A DNA stretch of 64,000 nucleotides from NCBI GenBank assembly GCA_035526025.1, contig DATLDE010000004.1, positions 13,011 to 77,010 on the forward strand, written 5' to 3'. This DNA comes from Candidatus Limnocylindrales bacterium. GTDB taxonomy: Bacteria > Patescibacteriota > Microgenomatia > Levybacterales > UBA12049. Below, in pieces: positions 28,901-36,519 of this stretch (its first letter is position 1; each line of letters begins with the position of its first letter). The notes beneath the pieces were generated by a model, which saw only the letters and a list, made by a program, of their open reading frames with translations, did not search any database and had not been told where the DNA came from. A program made the position numbers and the translations under genes.

Positions 28901-29713
28901 ATGTCAAATATATTAATTAAAAGCAAATATCGCTTCGTCCCATTAATATTAATAATTATTATAATTTTTGGTATTTACTACTTTGTAAAAAATCAGCAAG
29001 TTCAGGTTGAAAAAAATGATACGAAGGTCCAATTAGATGCGAATGAAAAAATAGTAAAGAAATTAGGATGCACCCGAAAAACAAGACTTGATAACAAGCC
29101 GCCCCATGATAGAGCGCTGAGCTTAATTGAGGAAAAATATAAGTTATGGGAAAAAAGTGGTGAGGGCAAAGGATCATGGTACTTTTTCCCTTCAGAGTTA
29201 GTTAACTGTATCAAGGTAATAGAGTCAGACGTAAGAAATAAAACAGGAGCCGAAGGGCATTTCATATTTAACGATTCCAAAATAAAAGAAAACTATTTCC
29301 CTATTACCCTAGACAAGGATTATTCCTATGCTGACGATTCAATTAACTCGCTAATACTCGTACACGAAATAACTCACGTTGAACAATATATAAATTCACT
29401 TAACAAGAGTGATGGCCTAACCTGCATCGATAAAGAGGTTGAAGCATTTTACGCTCAATGGAAATTTTATGGAATTCAATTTCCGGAAGCACGCAAGTCT
29501 ATAGACTATCGTATCGAAAACGATAAAGACTTACACCCTCAGTTGCAAATGCTTAGCGTATTAAAAAATAATTTTGACATTGATGGAGTAAGTACGGAAT
29601 GCTTTTATGGCTCAGGAAAAAACGATACAGAATGTATTGATAAATATAGGAAGAATGAAATTAAGCAAATACTAGTACAAGACGATTTTTACAGAACTCA
29701 ATGCAAGTTATAA
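28901..29713 (+). CDS. membrane-anchored hypothetical protein with HExxH motif (LILVHEITHVEQY) and two Cys pairs
   Basis: N-terminal TM; zincin-like HExxH; first gene after tRNA-Ser. Confidence 0.35.
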   Translation: MSNILIKSKYRFVPLILIIIIIFGIYYFVKNQQVQVEKNDTKVQLDANEKIVKKLGCTRKTRLDNKPPHDRALSLIEEKYKLWEKSGEGKGSWYFFPSELVNCIKVIESDVRNKTGAEGHFIFNDSKIKENYFPITLDKDYSYADDSINSLILVHEITHVEQYINSLNKSDGLTCIDKEVEAFYAQWKFYGIQFPEARKSIDYRIENDKDLHPQLQMLSVLKNNFDIDGVSTECFYGSGKNDTECIDKYRKNEIKQILVQDDFYRTQCKL

Positions 29714-29832
29714 AAGATTATCTTTAGATTTAACTTCCCTTTTTATTAAGAGCTAAATCTTGCCTTTTTCTTAGTTGCCTAATTTTATTTCCTAAGTTTT
29801 CGTAAATACTAGCCATAGCCTTATTGATAAAT

Positions 29833-29866
29833 TATGGCTTTTGTGCCATATTGTATCTATGGCATA
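29833..29866 (+). promoter_or_regulatory. inverted repeat TATGGC-N6-GCCATA plus extra TATGGCATA half-site upstream of gene 29891
   Basis: Perfect 6-bp arms at 29833-29838 and 29845-29850; the related TATGGCATA lies at 29858-29866; GCCATAGCC lies at about 29812. Confidence 0.35.
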
Positions 29867-29890
29867 GATGCCAAATAATAGCCTTGACTT

Positions 29891-30358
29891 ATGGACAGAA
29901 AATATAGTGAGAATTTAATCAAGGGAAAGATTACAGAAGTTATATTTGAGGAGATGTTTCGTACCTCAAATGAATTTACAATTATTCCCTTAGGATATGA
30001 GCACACCACTCCAATTCTTGCTCAGTATCAGCACTTTGTACACGTACAAAAAGTGCTAGAAAACTTACGTAATGCTCCAGATTTTGCTCTCATATCACAA
30101 GACAAAACAAGAGTATTTTTGGTGGAGGTAAAATATAGAATCCAATTTGATAAATATGACATTCAAAAAATTACCAATAGCATAAGTTCTGCATGGGATC
30201 CATGTTATCTATTTATAGCTTCAGAAAATAATTTTTACTTTGAAAATACAAAGAATATTGCAAATAACAACGGCGAGATTAGTAAGCTATCAGAAAACTG
30301 GATTAGCAATCACATACAGGAAGAATATTTGTTCTTACTTAATGAATTTATTAATTAA
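29891..30358 (+). CDS. PD-(D/E)xK nuclease-fold-like protein (hypothetical)
   Basis: E (ITEVIFEEMF), then APDFALIS, then VFLVEVKYR gives the E...PD...ExK arrangement of the restriction-endonuclease-like fold; 155 aa. Confidence 0.4.
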   Translation: MDRKYSENLIKGKITEVIFEEMFRTSNEFTIIPLGYEHTTPILAQYQHFVHVQKVLENLRNAPDFALISQDKTRVFLVEVKYRIQFDKYDIQKITNSISSAWDPCYLFIASENNFYFENTKNIANNNGEISKLSENWISNHIQEEYLFLLNEFIN

Positions 30359-30395
30359 TATGCTAAATATGAATCATGTGGTAAAATGATGCAGC

Positions 30396-31142
30396 ATGAG
30401 CAATAAATATAAGAAAACATACTTAACAAGTGTAATAATAAGAATTGATTTAGCGAGCCCAATCTCAGAAATTGAAAAAGGGCTACCTAAAAATATAACA
30501 AAAAATATTCTTAAATTTTTCCCCATATCCGAACCGCAAAAAGTAACAGAAGGAAGTATTAAGTTTGAATCCGCAGCTATTCAAACTGGCCCTACCAGAT
30601 TATTAACAATATGGAATTTTTACGGAAAAGAGCGCGAGAAAACATTATCTGTAGCCGAACAGAATTTATTTATTGAGTATAGGACATACAAAAGTTTTGA
30701 AAATTTAAAAGAAGAATTTTTATCTGTATTAAATGCCTATCTCAAAGATTTCCCAGATGCTCAAATTAACCGATTGGGACTAAGATACGTAAATAATATA
30801 GAAATCTATGAGTCTAACCCAACAGATTGGCATGAATATATTTCCGGTGATTTATTATCTTCGTTCAAGATAACGTCCAATGAAGAAAAATTAACCAGAA
30901 ATTTTCATATACTAGGTGCTGTTAAAGATGAGTGTAATCTAACTTTTCAATTTGGAATGCACAATCCAGATTATCCTGCTCCCATAAAGAAGAAAGTTTT
31001 TATATTAGATTTTGATTCATACTTCCAAGGAGAGCAAGAAATTTCAGGTATAGAGAAAAATATTGAACTTTCTCACGAGTTAATACAAAAATACTTTGAA
31101 AAATCTATTACCCAAAAATTGAGATTGAAAATGAATAAATGA
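30396..31142 (+). CDS. hypothetical protein (loosely resembles the uncharacterised TIGR04255 family)
   Basis: 248-aa ORF; N-terminal YLTSVIIRIDLASPI; no catalytic motif recognised. Confidence 0.3.
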   Translation: MSNKYKKTYLTSVIIRIDLASPISEIEKGLPKNITKNILKFFPISEPQKVTEGSIKFESAAIQTGPTRLLTIWNFYGKEREKTLSVAEQNLFIEYRTYKSFENLKEEFLSVLNAYLKDFPDAQINRLGLRYVNNIEIYESNPTDWHEYISGDLLSSFKITSNEEKLTRNFHILGAVKDECNLTFQFGMHNPDYPAPIKKKVFILDFDSYFQGEQEISGIEKNIELSHELIQKYFEKSITQKLRLKMNK

Positions 31143-31295
31143 GTGATAAGCCTCCATTTTCTGAAGATTACATTGCAGAAACGAATACATCAAGGGGTAT
31201 TGTAAAAAGCAATAAACCTGCAGAAATAAAAATCGATGAAAATCAATATGGGACATCTAAACCTAAGAGAATAATAATAAGAGCGAGTGTAATTA

Positions 31296-31862
31296 ATGAT
31301 AAAAGTTAAGAAAAGAAAAAGTCTTAGAATATGCCAAGGAGATATTTATAAGAATATTAATCTTATTGAGTTCGTTTCAGAAAAAAATGGCGTCATAGAA
31401 GTATCAAAAATTGATTTTCCTTATGTTGTGGTTTTAACTCAAGACTGTGAATTGCAACAAGATTTTAATTTTCGGAAAGGCTACAAGGTGGGAAAAGAAT
31501 TTCAAAATAAAATGCTTCTCTCCGTACTTGTTGCTCCGATTTACAACGCAGAGCATGTGTATCTAGGACAGCATCTCAGTGATTTAGACATACAAGCATC
31601 TGTTATCAGCAAAACAAGTACTAAAGGTAAATTTTTGAGGAAAAACGAGATCCCGAGATACCACTTCCTTAATTTTCCTGAAGAAATACCTATTTCTGAT
31701 TCTATTGTTGATTTCAAACATTATTTTTCTGTAAATGTTGAATATCTGAGAAAGCTTAAGAAAATGAACTTTGTATGCAAAGTATCTGAACTTTATAGAG
31801 AAGATCTTTCATTGCGTTTTGCAAACTATCTGTCTAGAATTGGTCTTCCGGAATTAATATAA
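31296..31862 (+). CDS. MazF/PemK/ToxN-like toxin-fold protein (putative)
   Basis: RICQGDIYKNINLIEF...FPYVVVLTQDCEL resembles GDlvwVdF...RPavVLSxd of Kid/MazF. The 188-aa size matches ToxN/AbiQ-type endoribonucleases. Confidence 0.3.
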   Translation: MIKVKKRKSLRICQGDIYKNINLIEFVSEKNGVIEVSKIDFPYVVVLTQDCELQQDFNFRKGYKVGKEFQNKMLLSVLVAPIYNAEHVYLGQHLSDLDIQASVISKTSTKGKFLRKNEIPRYHFLNFPEEIPISDSIVDFKHYFSVNVEYLRKLKKMNFVCKVSELYREDLSLRFANYLSRIGLPELI

Positions 31863-31864
31863 AT

Positions 31865-32146
31865 ATGGCGAAGCAAGAATGTGGATATGGCTCTTTCTGT
31901 GGGAAGCGTGAGAAATGTTTCCTTCAGGGAACAACAGAACGTCAAGCGAATCTTGGAGGAAATCCTTCTGAGGCAGATTCTAAAGTGACTAGTCGCGGTC
32001 CATATTGGACACGAAGTGCTTGGGGAGAATTTACTGGGCGGGTTATAAAAATGGCTAGTTCTGAAGGATGTTTATTTAAAGACGAGGTTCCTCGCGTAGT
32101 AGCTCAAATTACTGAAGGAAAAGAAAAAAAAGGGGAGTTTAAGTAA
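31865..32146 (+). CDS. hypothetical 93-aa ORF in a compositionally atypical (GC-richer) segment; may instead be a structured RNA
   Basis: Starts 3 nt after the stop of 31296. The region 31865-32290 is visibly richer in G/C than its flanks. Confidence 0.2.
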   Translation: MAKQECGYGSFCGKREKCFLQGTTERQANLGGNPSEADSKVTSRGPYWTRSAWGEFTGRVIKMASSEGCLFKDEVPRVVAQITEGKEKKGEFK

Positions 32147-32289
32147 CTTTATTGTATAATCAAGGAGAGGGGGACATGAGAAAAGTTCCAATATCGTCCC
32201 ATGCCCTCCGCACTTCAGGATGAAGGAATACAAAGTTGGAGATGAAGTAATAAACCCACGAAACGATTATCCTGAATTAATAAAACAAA

Positions 32290-32814
32290 GTGAGTAGTAA
32301 TTATCCTAATAATTATGCAATTGCAGTGAGGGACTCAGGTGACATTTTTCTAATGTTTGAAATTAATCGAAGTTCTGAGGGTGATGTATATGTAAATTTT
32401 AATAAGCGTGATAACAAGCATAAACCTCATTCAAGTTATCATGCTTCAGGTCAATTACATCATAAAAGCTATAATTGGAAGCTATTCCCTCCAAGAAAGA
32501 AACAGCCACCAAAATCAAGCTTTACTGGCTCAGAGTCTATTATTACAACAAGTATTAAAAAAGGTGACGGGAGAGCATGGAATAGAATTTGTATGCCTAA
32601 TGACTTTCAAGAAATTATGGAGATTAATGATGAAATTATCACACCTGAATTTGGCTACCAATTAATATTTGAATTAGTTGAACCAAATACCTTGCCTTGG
32701 ATCTCAACATATCCTTATGCAAAAGTTATTCAGCAACACTTTTTTAAAGATAAAAGTCCTTGGATAGTAACTACATTATATGAAATGAGCAGCACGCCGT
32801 ATTTAAAAGAATGA
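32290..32814 (+). CDS. hypothetical protein (GTG start)
   Basis: 174-aa ORF; no family recognised. Confidence 0.3.
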   Translation: MSSNYPNNYAIAVRDSGDIFLMFEINRSSEGDVYVNFNKRDNKHKPHSSYHASGQLHHKSYNWKLFPPRKKQPPKSSFTGSESIITTSIKKGDGRAWNRICMPNDFQEIMEINDEIITPEFGYQLIFELVEPNTLPWISTYPYAKVIQQHFFKDKSPWIVTTLYEMSSTPYLKE

Positions 32815-32996
32815 TTTTTCCATATTAATCCAAATGACCCTCTCTTATACTATTTAAGTAAAATTTGGGATATAATACTCTTGAGAAGCCAGGAGTTGTG
32901 CGTAGAAGGTTCGAACGTCGTCCACTGTCTTCCGCACGTCAGGATTTTGAGCATACATTTCAAGCAGGCATCATAAGGTATGCTATACTGCATTAG

Positions 32997-33563
32997 ATGT
33001 TAGGTATGAAAAAAGCTGATAAATCGAAATTTCAGGGTTTAGATTTAACACAGGCAGACTTAAGCAACACTGACCTGCATGGAAAAAATTTCAGCGGAAG
33101 TGCCCTGAGCAAAACTATGTTTGATAAATCAAACTTAACCGGTGCTAAGTTCAGTGGAGTAGATCTAAGAGGTACTTCATTTAAAAACGCTGTACTTATT
33201 GAAGCTACATTTGATGGTAGCGACCTGCGCGATGTGTGTTTTGATGGAGCAAATCTTACGAACGCAAAGATGAAAAACGCTGGGATGAAAGGTGCTACTT
33301 TCAAAAATGCCACATTGACAGGCACCAACTTTAACGGATCGGACCTAAATGAAGTTTCATTTGATAATCAAACGCTTGATTCCGTGGTATTTGATAATTC
33401 ATCATTAAAGAAAACCTCATTCAGAAAAGCGAAATTTCGTGACGTATCACTCCACCATGCCGATCCCAAGCACGCGATTTTTGACAAGACTTCAATGGAC
33501 AAACTTACTTACGCAATCTTAAAAGGCGCCGAGGCAAATCTACACGACATCAAGATTCTATAA
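32997..33563 (+). CDS. pentapeptide repeat protein
   Basis: Tandem A(D/N)LxG-type pentapeptides through most of the 188 aa (ADLSNTDLHGKNFSGSALSKTMFDKSNLTGAKFSGVDLRG...). TATACT -10 upstream. Confidence 0.8.
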   Translation: MLGMKKADKSKFQGLDLTQADLSNTDLHGKNFSGSALSKTMFDKSNLTGAKFSGVDLRGTSFKNAVLIEATFDGSDLRDVCFDGANLTNAKMKNAGMKGATFKNATLTGTNFNGSDLNEVSFDNQTLDSVVFDNSSLKKTSFRKAKFRDVSLHHADPKHAIFDKTSMDKLTYAILKGAEANLHDIKIL

Positions 33564-33628
33564 AATTTGTCAACCTCAATAATGATATAATTAACGTGTA
33601 AAATTCCGCAGATGTCATATTTTGACGA

Positions 33629-33716
33629 GGAGGAGTCGCATAGTGGCCTAGTGCAGCGGTTTACTAAACCGCCATACCGCAAGGTATCGGGAGTTCGAAT
33701 CTCCCCTCCTCCGCCA
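33629..33716 (+). tRNA. type II tRNA (long variable arm, Ser-like) whose anticodon I parse as ACU; CCA encoded
   Basis: Perfect acceptor GGAGGAG/CUCCUCC, D-stem GCAU/GUGC, anticodon arm GCGGU-UUACUAA-ACCGC, variable arm AUACC-GCAA-GGUAU, T-arm GGGAG-UUCGAAU-CUCCC, discriminator G, CCA. Confidence 0.7.
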
Positions 33717-33832
33717 CGTAATAAATTGCAAAGCAATTTAAAGGTGGCTGAAACGTAGAGTTTATCTACTTACGCTAATCTTACATGAAATAGATATAAT
33801 ATTTCATTATCACCTTAAAGTGTTAAAATCAA

Positions 33833-34987
33833 ATGAAAGTTAAAAAAAATTCTATCTCTTCAGTCATTTTGGAAAATACCCCGAACCCCGTTGATATTCT
33901 CAAAGATATAAAGAACTTAACTGTTGAGGACGTGGTTGTTTTATACGCTTATGCTGAAGCAATTGTCGAAACAGTACGTGAACCACTAATTATATTAGAT
34001 GAAAATCTACGAATTAAAACTGCCAATAAAGCCTTTTTTGAAGATTTTAAAGTAACAAAAAAAGAAACATACAATAAATTAATTTTTGACCTTGGCAATG
34101 GACAGTGGGACATACCAGAACTTAAAAAACTACTAAAAGAAATATTGCCCAAAAATTCCTATTTTGAAAACTTCGAAGTTACTCATAAGTTTGATGACAT
34201 CGGTACAAGAACTATGATTTTAAATGCACGGCGTATTGTTCTGGAGGGTCACAAAACTGAGCTGGTTCTTCTTGCAATAGAAGACAACACCCAAAAAAAA
34301 ATAATTGAAAAACATAAAGATGACTTTATCGGTATTGCCTCACACGAATTAAAAACTCCCTTAACTAGTGTTAAGTTATTTGTACAACTTCTTCAGGGGC
34401 ATCATGAAAAGACCCAGGACACAAAATCAATTTACATGCTTGATAAAGTGGCAAAACAGATAGATAGAATGGAGCATATGATGGCATCATTTCTTAATGT
34501 ATATAGTCTTCAAAACGGAAAATTAGACCTCCATAAGGAACATTTTAGTACAGATGAATTATTAAAAAATATTATAGAAACTTTTAATTTCACATATGAA
34601 TCGCATACTATTGAGCACATTGGAAAGATCAAAAAGAATATATTTGCAGATAAAGAAAGAATAAGCCAGGTTTTAATCAATCTTATTTCAAATGCTATAA
34701 AGTATTCTCCCAACTCAAATAAGGTAATTATTACGTCTAAGACAAGCAGGGATTTTATAACTTTCAGTATTCAGGATTTTGGAATGGGTATACCCAAAGA
34801 ACAACAAGGAATGATATTCGATAGATTTTTTAGAGCTCAGGGAAAAGAAGAGGCTAAGGTTGAGGGGCTTGGGCTGGGATTATACATATCCCATGAGATT
34901 GTAACAGAACATAAAGGAAAAATGTGGGTAGATAGCACGGTAGGAAAAGGCTCTACTTTTTATTTTAAATTACCCCTTAAATCATAA
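33833..34987 (+). CDS. cytoplasmic PAS-domain sensor histidine kinase
   Basis: PAS-like N-terminal half; HisKA IASHELKTPLTS; HATPase N-box NLISNAIKYS and G-boxes DFGMGIP, GLGLGLYIS. No TM. Confidence 0.8.
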   Translation: MKVKKNSISSVILENTPNPVDILKDIKNLTVEDVVVLYAYAEAIVETVREPLIILDENLRIKTANKAFFEDFKVTKKETYNKLIFDLGNGQWDIPELKKLLKEILPKNSYFENFEVTHKFDDIGTRTMILNARRIVLEGHKTELVLLAIEDNTQKKIIEKHKDDFIGIASHELKTPLTSVKLFVQLLQGHHEKTQDTKSIYMLDKVAKQIDRMEHMMASFLNVYSLQNGKLDLHKEHFSTDELLKNIIETFNFTYESHTIEHIGKIKKNIFADKERISQVLINLISNAIKYSPNSNKVIITSKTSRDFITFSIQDFGMGIPKEQQGMIFDRFFRAQGKEEAKVEGLGLGLYISHEIVTEHKGKMWVDSTVGKGSTFYFKLPLKS

Positions 34988-34997
34988 AAAATACCTC

Positions 34998-35034
34998 TTG
35001 ACAAAAATTAGCAGTCGTAGTATATTATTGCTAA
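34998..35034 (+). promoter_or_regulatory. hsp20 promoter (TTGACA, 17 nt, TATATT) overlapped by a CIRCE-like inverted repeat TTAGCAGTC-N9-TATTGCTAA
   Basis: -35 at 34998-35003 and -10 at 35021-35026. The IR at 35008-35034 matches the HrcA CIRCE consensus TTAGCACTC-N9-GAGTGCTAA at 8/9 and 7/9 positions. Confidence 0.4.
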
Positions 35035-35059
35035 ATCATAAGTAAAGGAGGTGATTAAA

Positions 35060-35488
35060 ATGAGTTATGATTTAGTTCCAAGCAGATTACTATCATTTCC
35101 CTCAATACAGCTACCATCAATTTGGAATGATGAGGATGATTGGCTGACAACTCCATCAAATCCAAGTGGGTTATCTGTTTCAGAGGATGAAAAAAACATC
35201 TATATAGAAGCTGCAATTCCAGGCATTGACCCAAAAAATATTGAGATTACATTTCACGACGGATACCTCTGGATTAAAGGCGAGCAAAAAGAAGAGGAAA
35301 AAGACAGTAAGAAAAAATATTACAGAGAAGCTGCAAAATCGTTCTCTTATAGAGTCGCTGTCCCAGGAGACATTGACAACAATCTAGAACCAGTAGCAAC
35401 TTACAAGCATGGAGTAATGAAGGTCGCTTTTGTAAAGTTAGCCAAAACCCAACCTAAAAAAATACAGATAAAATCAGTAAGCGAGTAA
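35060..35488 (+). CDS. Hsp20/alpha-crystallin family small heat-shock protein
   Basis: Alpha-crystallin domain (IYIEAAIPGIDPKNIEITFHDGYLWIKGE...YRVAVPG...GVMKVAFVK). SD AGGAGGTGATTAAA precedes ATG 35060. Confidence 0.8.
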   Translation: MSYDLVPSRLLSFPSIQLPSIWNDEDDWLTTPSNPSGLSVSEDEKNIYIEAAIPGIDPKNIEITFHDGYLWIKGEQKEEEKDSKKKYYREAAKSFSYRVAVPGDIDNNLEPVATYKHGVMKVAFVKLAKTQPKKIQIKSVSE

Positions 35489-35538
35489 TCTAATGACTTT
35501 TAGGGGATTCTGAACTCCGCCACTTCGCAGGCGGAGTT

Positions 35539-36117
35539 TTATTTAAATTCAACTCCTGTGGGGAGGGCGAATTTGGATTCATCTGGGGTCCATGGCTTGC
35601 ACTGAAAAATCATCTTGTTTCTTATCTGTTCAGCCTGCTGCTTCTGCTCCACTGTCATTTCAGTATTCATGGACTCAAGCTCTGATTTAGAAAATTTAAA
35701 ACCTGTTGTAGTACCAGCAACAGTTATCCAGGTATATGCTGAATCGTCTTTATAAATAGCATCTGCCTCAATAGCAATTCCATTGGTTGTGCCCTTTATT
35801 TCACTTCTTCCTTTGCTGCCTGTCGTATAAAGTTTACCTGTTCCAAAAGGATTTTCAGGGCCTGCAGTTGGGAGCTTCCAATCGCATTCTAAATCTTGTC
35901 CACGACCAATGATATCTGGGAAAGTACTCGTAGTATCTCCTGACGGAACAGCTGATTCCGTTGTTGCATCAGTGGACCTTTCCATCGATGCCTATGGGGC
36001 TGAAGTAGAAGACGGCTTTCTCATCATAGTCACACCAACTACCCCAGCAAGAATAACAGCTGCGATCAAGACAAGTACCAAAGCTGAAAAGCCTATGGAT
36101 AATTCATTTTTTACCAT
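35539..36117 (-). pseudogene. secreted/membrane-anchored Thr/Ser-rich protein whose reading frame contains an in-frame TAG (plus 35992-35994) 43 codons after the start
   Basis: Minus-strand ATG at 36117 is 9 nt downstream of TATTAT and encodes MVKNELSIGFSALVLVLIAAVILAGVVGVTMMRKPSSTSAP-TAG-ASMERSTDATTES..., continuing in the same frame as ORF 35539..35985. Confidence 0.45.
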
Positions 36118-36186
36118 TTCAGAAAGATAATATCTTATTTATTTATTTTTGTCCAGTGTTTTTTATAAATCTGCTATAATCATTTT

Positions 36187-36519
36187 ATGAACATACTTAC
36201 AAACTGGCTGGTCAGCGCGCTTGTTATTCTAACAGCTTCATATATTTTACCCGGTGTTCATGTTGAGAGCTTTACAGCAGCCTTAGTAACTGCTGTTGTC
36301 TTGGGAATTATCAATTTATTTATTAAACCCCTTATTCTTATTCTCACCCTACCAATAACCATTGTAACTTTCGGCTTATTCGCTCTTGTAATTAATGCGC
36401 TGATGATAATTCTGGCCAGTAACATCGTCCCTGGATTTAATGTTGATGGGTTTTGGTGGGCAGTTATTTTCAGTATAGTAGTTTCCATAATTAATTCTTT
36501 TGTAAACCACTTCGAATGA
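36187..36519 (+). CDS. DUF360/YvlD family membrane protein (Phage_holin_4_2 superfamily)
   Basis: 110 aa, 3-4 TM helices; ILPGVHVESFTAALVTAVVLGIINLFIKPLI...IVPGFNVDGFW matches DUF360. TGCTATAAT is 6 nt before the ATG. Confidence 0.55.
   Translation: MNILTNWLVSALVILTASYILPGVHVESFTAALVTAVVLGIINLFIKPLILILTLPITIVTFGLFALVINALMIILASNIVPGFNVDGFWWAVIFSIVVSIINSFVNHFE

Noticed and set aside
31143-31295. Type III (ToxIN-like) RNA antitoxin repeats upstream of the ToxN-sized gene 31296
   Set aside because: No tandem repeats of about 36 nt are present in the upstream intergenic region.
31865-32290. RNase P RNA, SRP RNA or 6S RNA in the GC-richer segment
   Set aside because: Only a partial ACAGAAC match is seen. 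The universally conserved GGAAAGUCCGGGC / AGGGUGAAA (RNase P) and SRP domain-IV motifs are absent, and the motif order is wrong.
32880-32945. tRNA-like fragment (GGTTCGAAC T-loop-like palindrome) as an integration att remnant
   Set aside because: No acceptor or T-stem complementarity and no match to the 3' halves of either flanking tRNA. GTTCGAAC is self-complementary and probably coincidental.
33629-33716. Amber-suppressor tRNA that would read through the in-frame TAG at 35992
   Set aside because: No valid stem/loop register places CUA at positions 34-36; the anticodon reads ACU.
33509-33736. Minus-strand 75-aa ORF overlapping the second tRNA
   Set aside because: It overlaps a canonical tRNA cloverleaf with encoded CCA; the ORF is a by-product.
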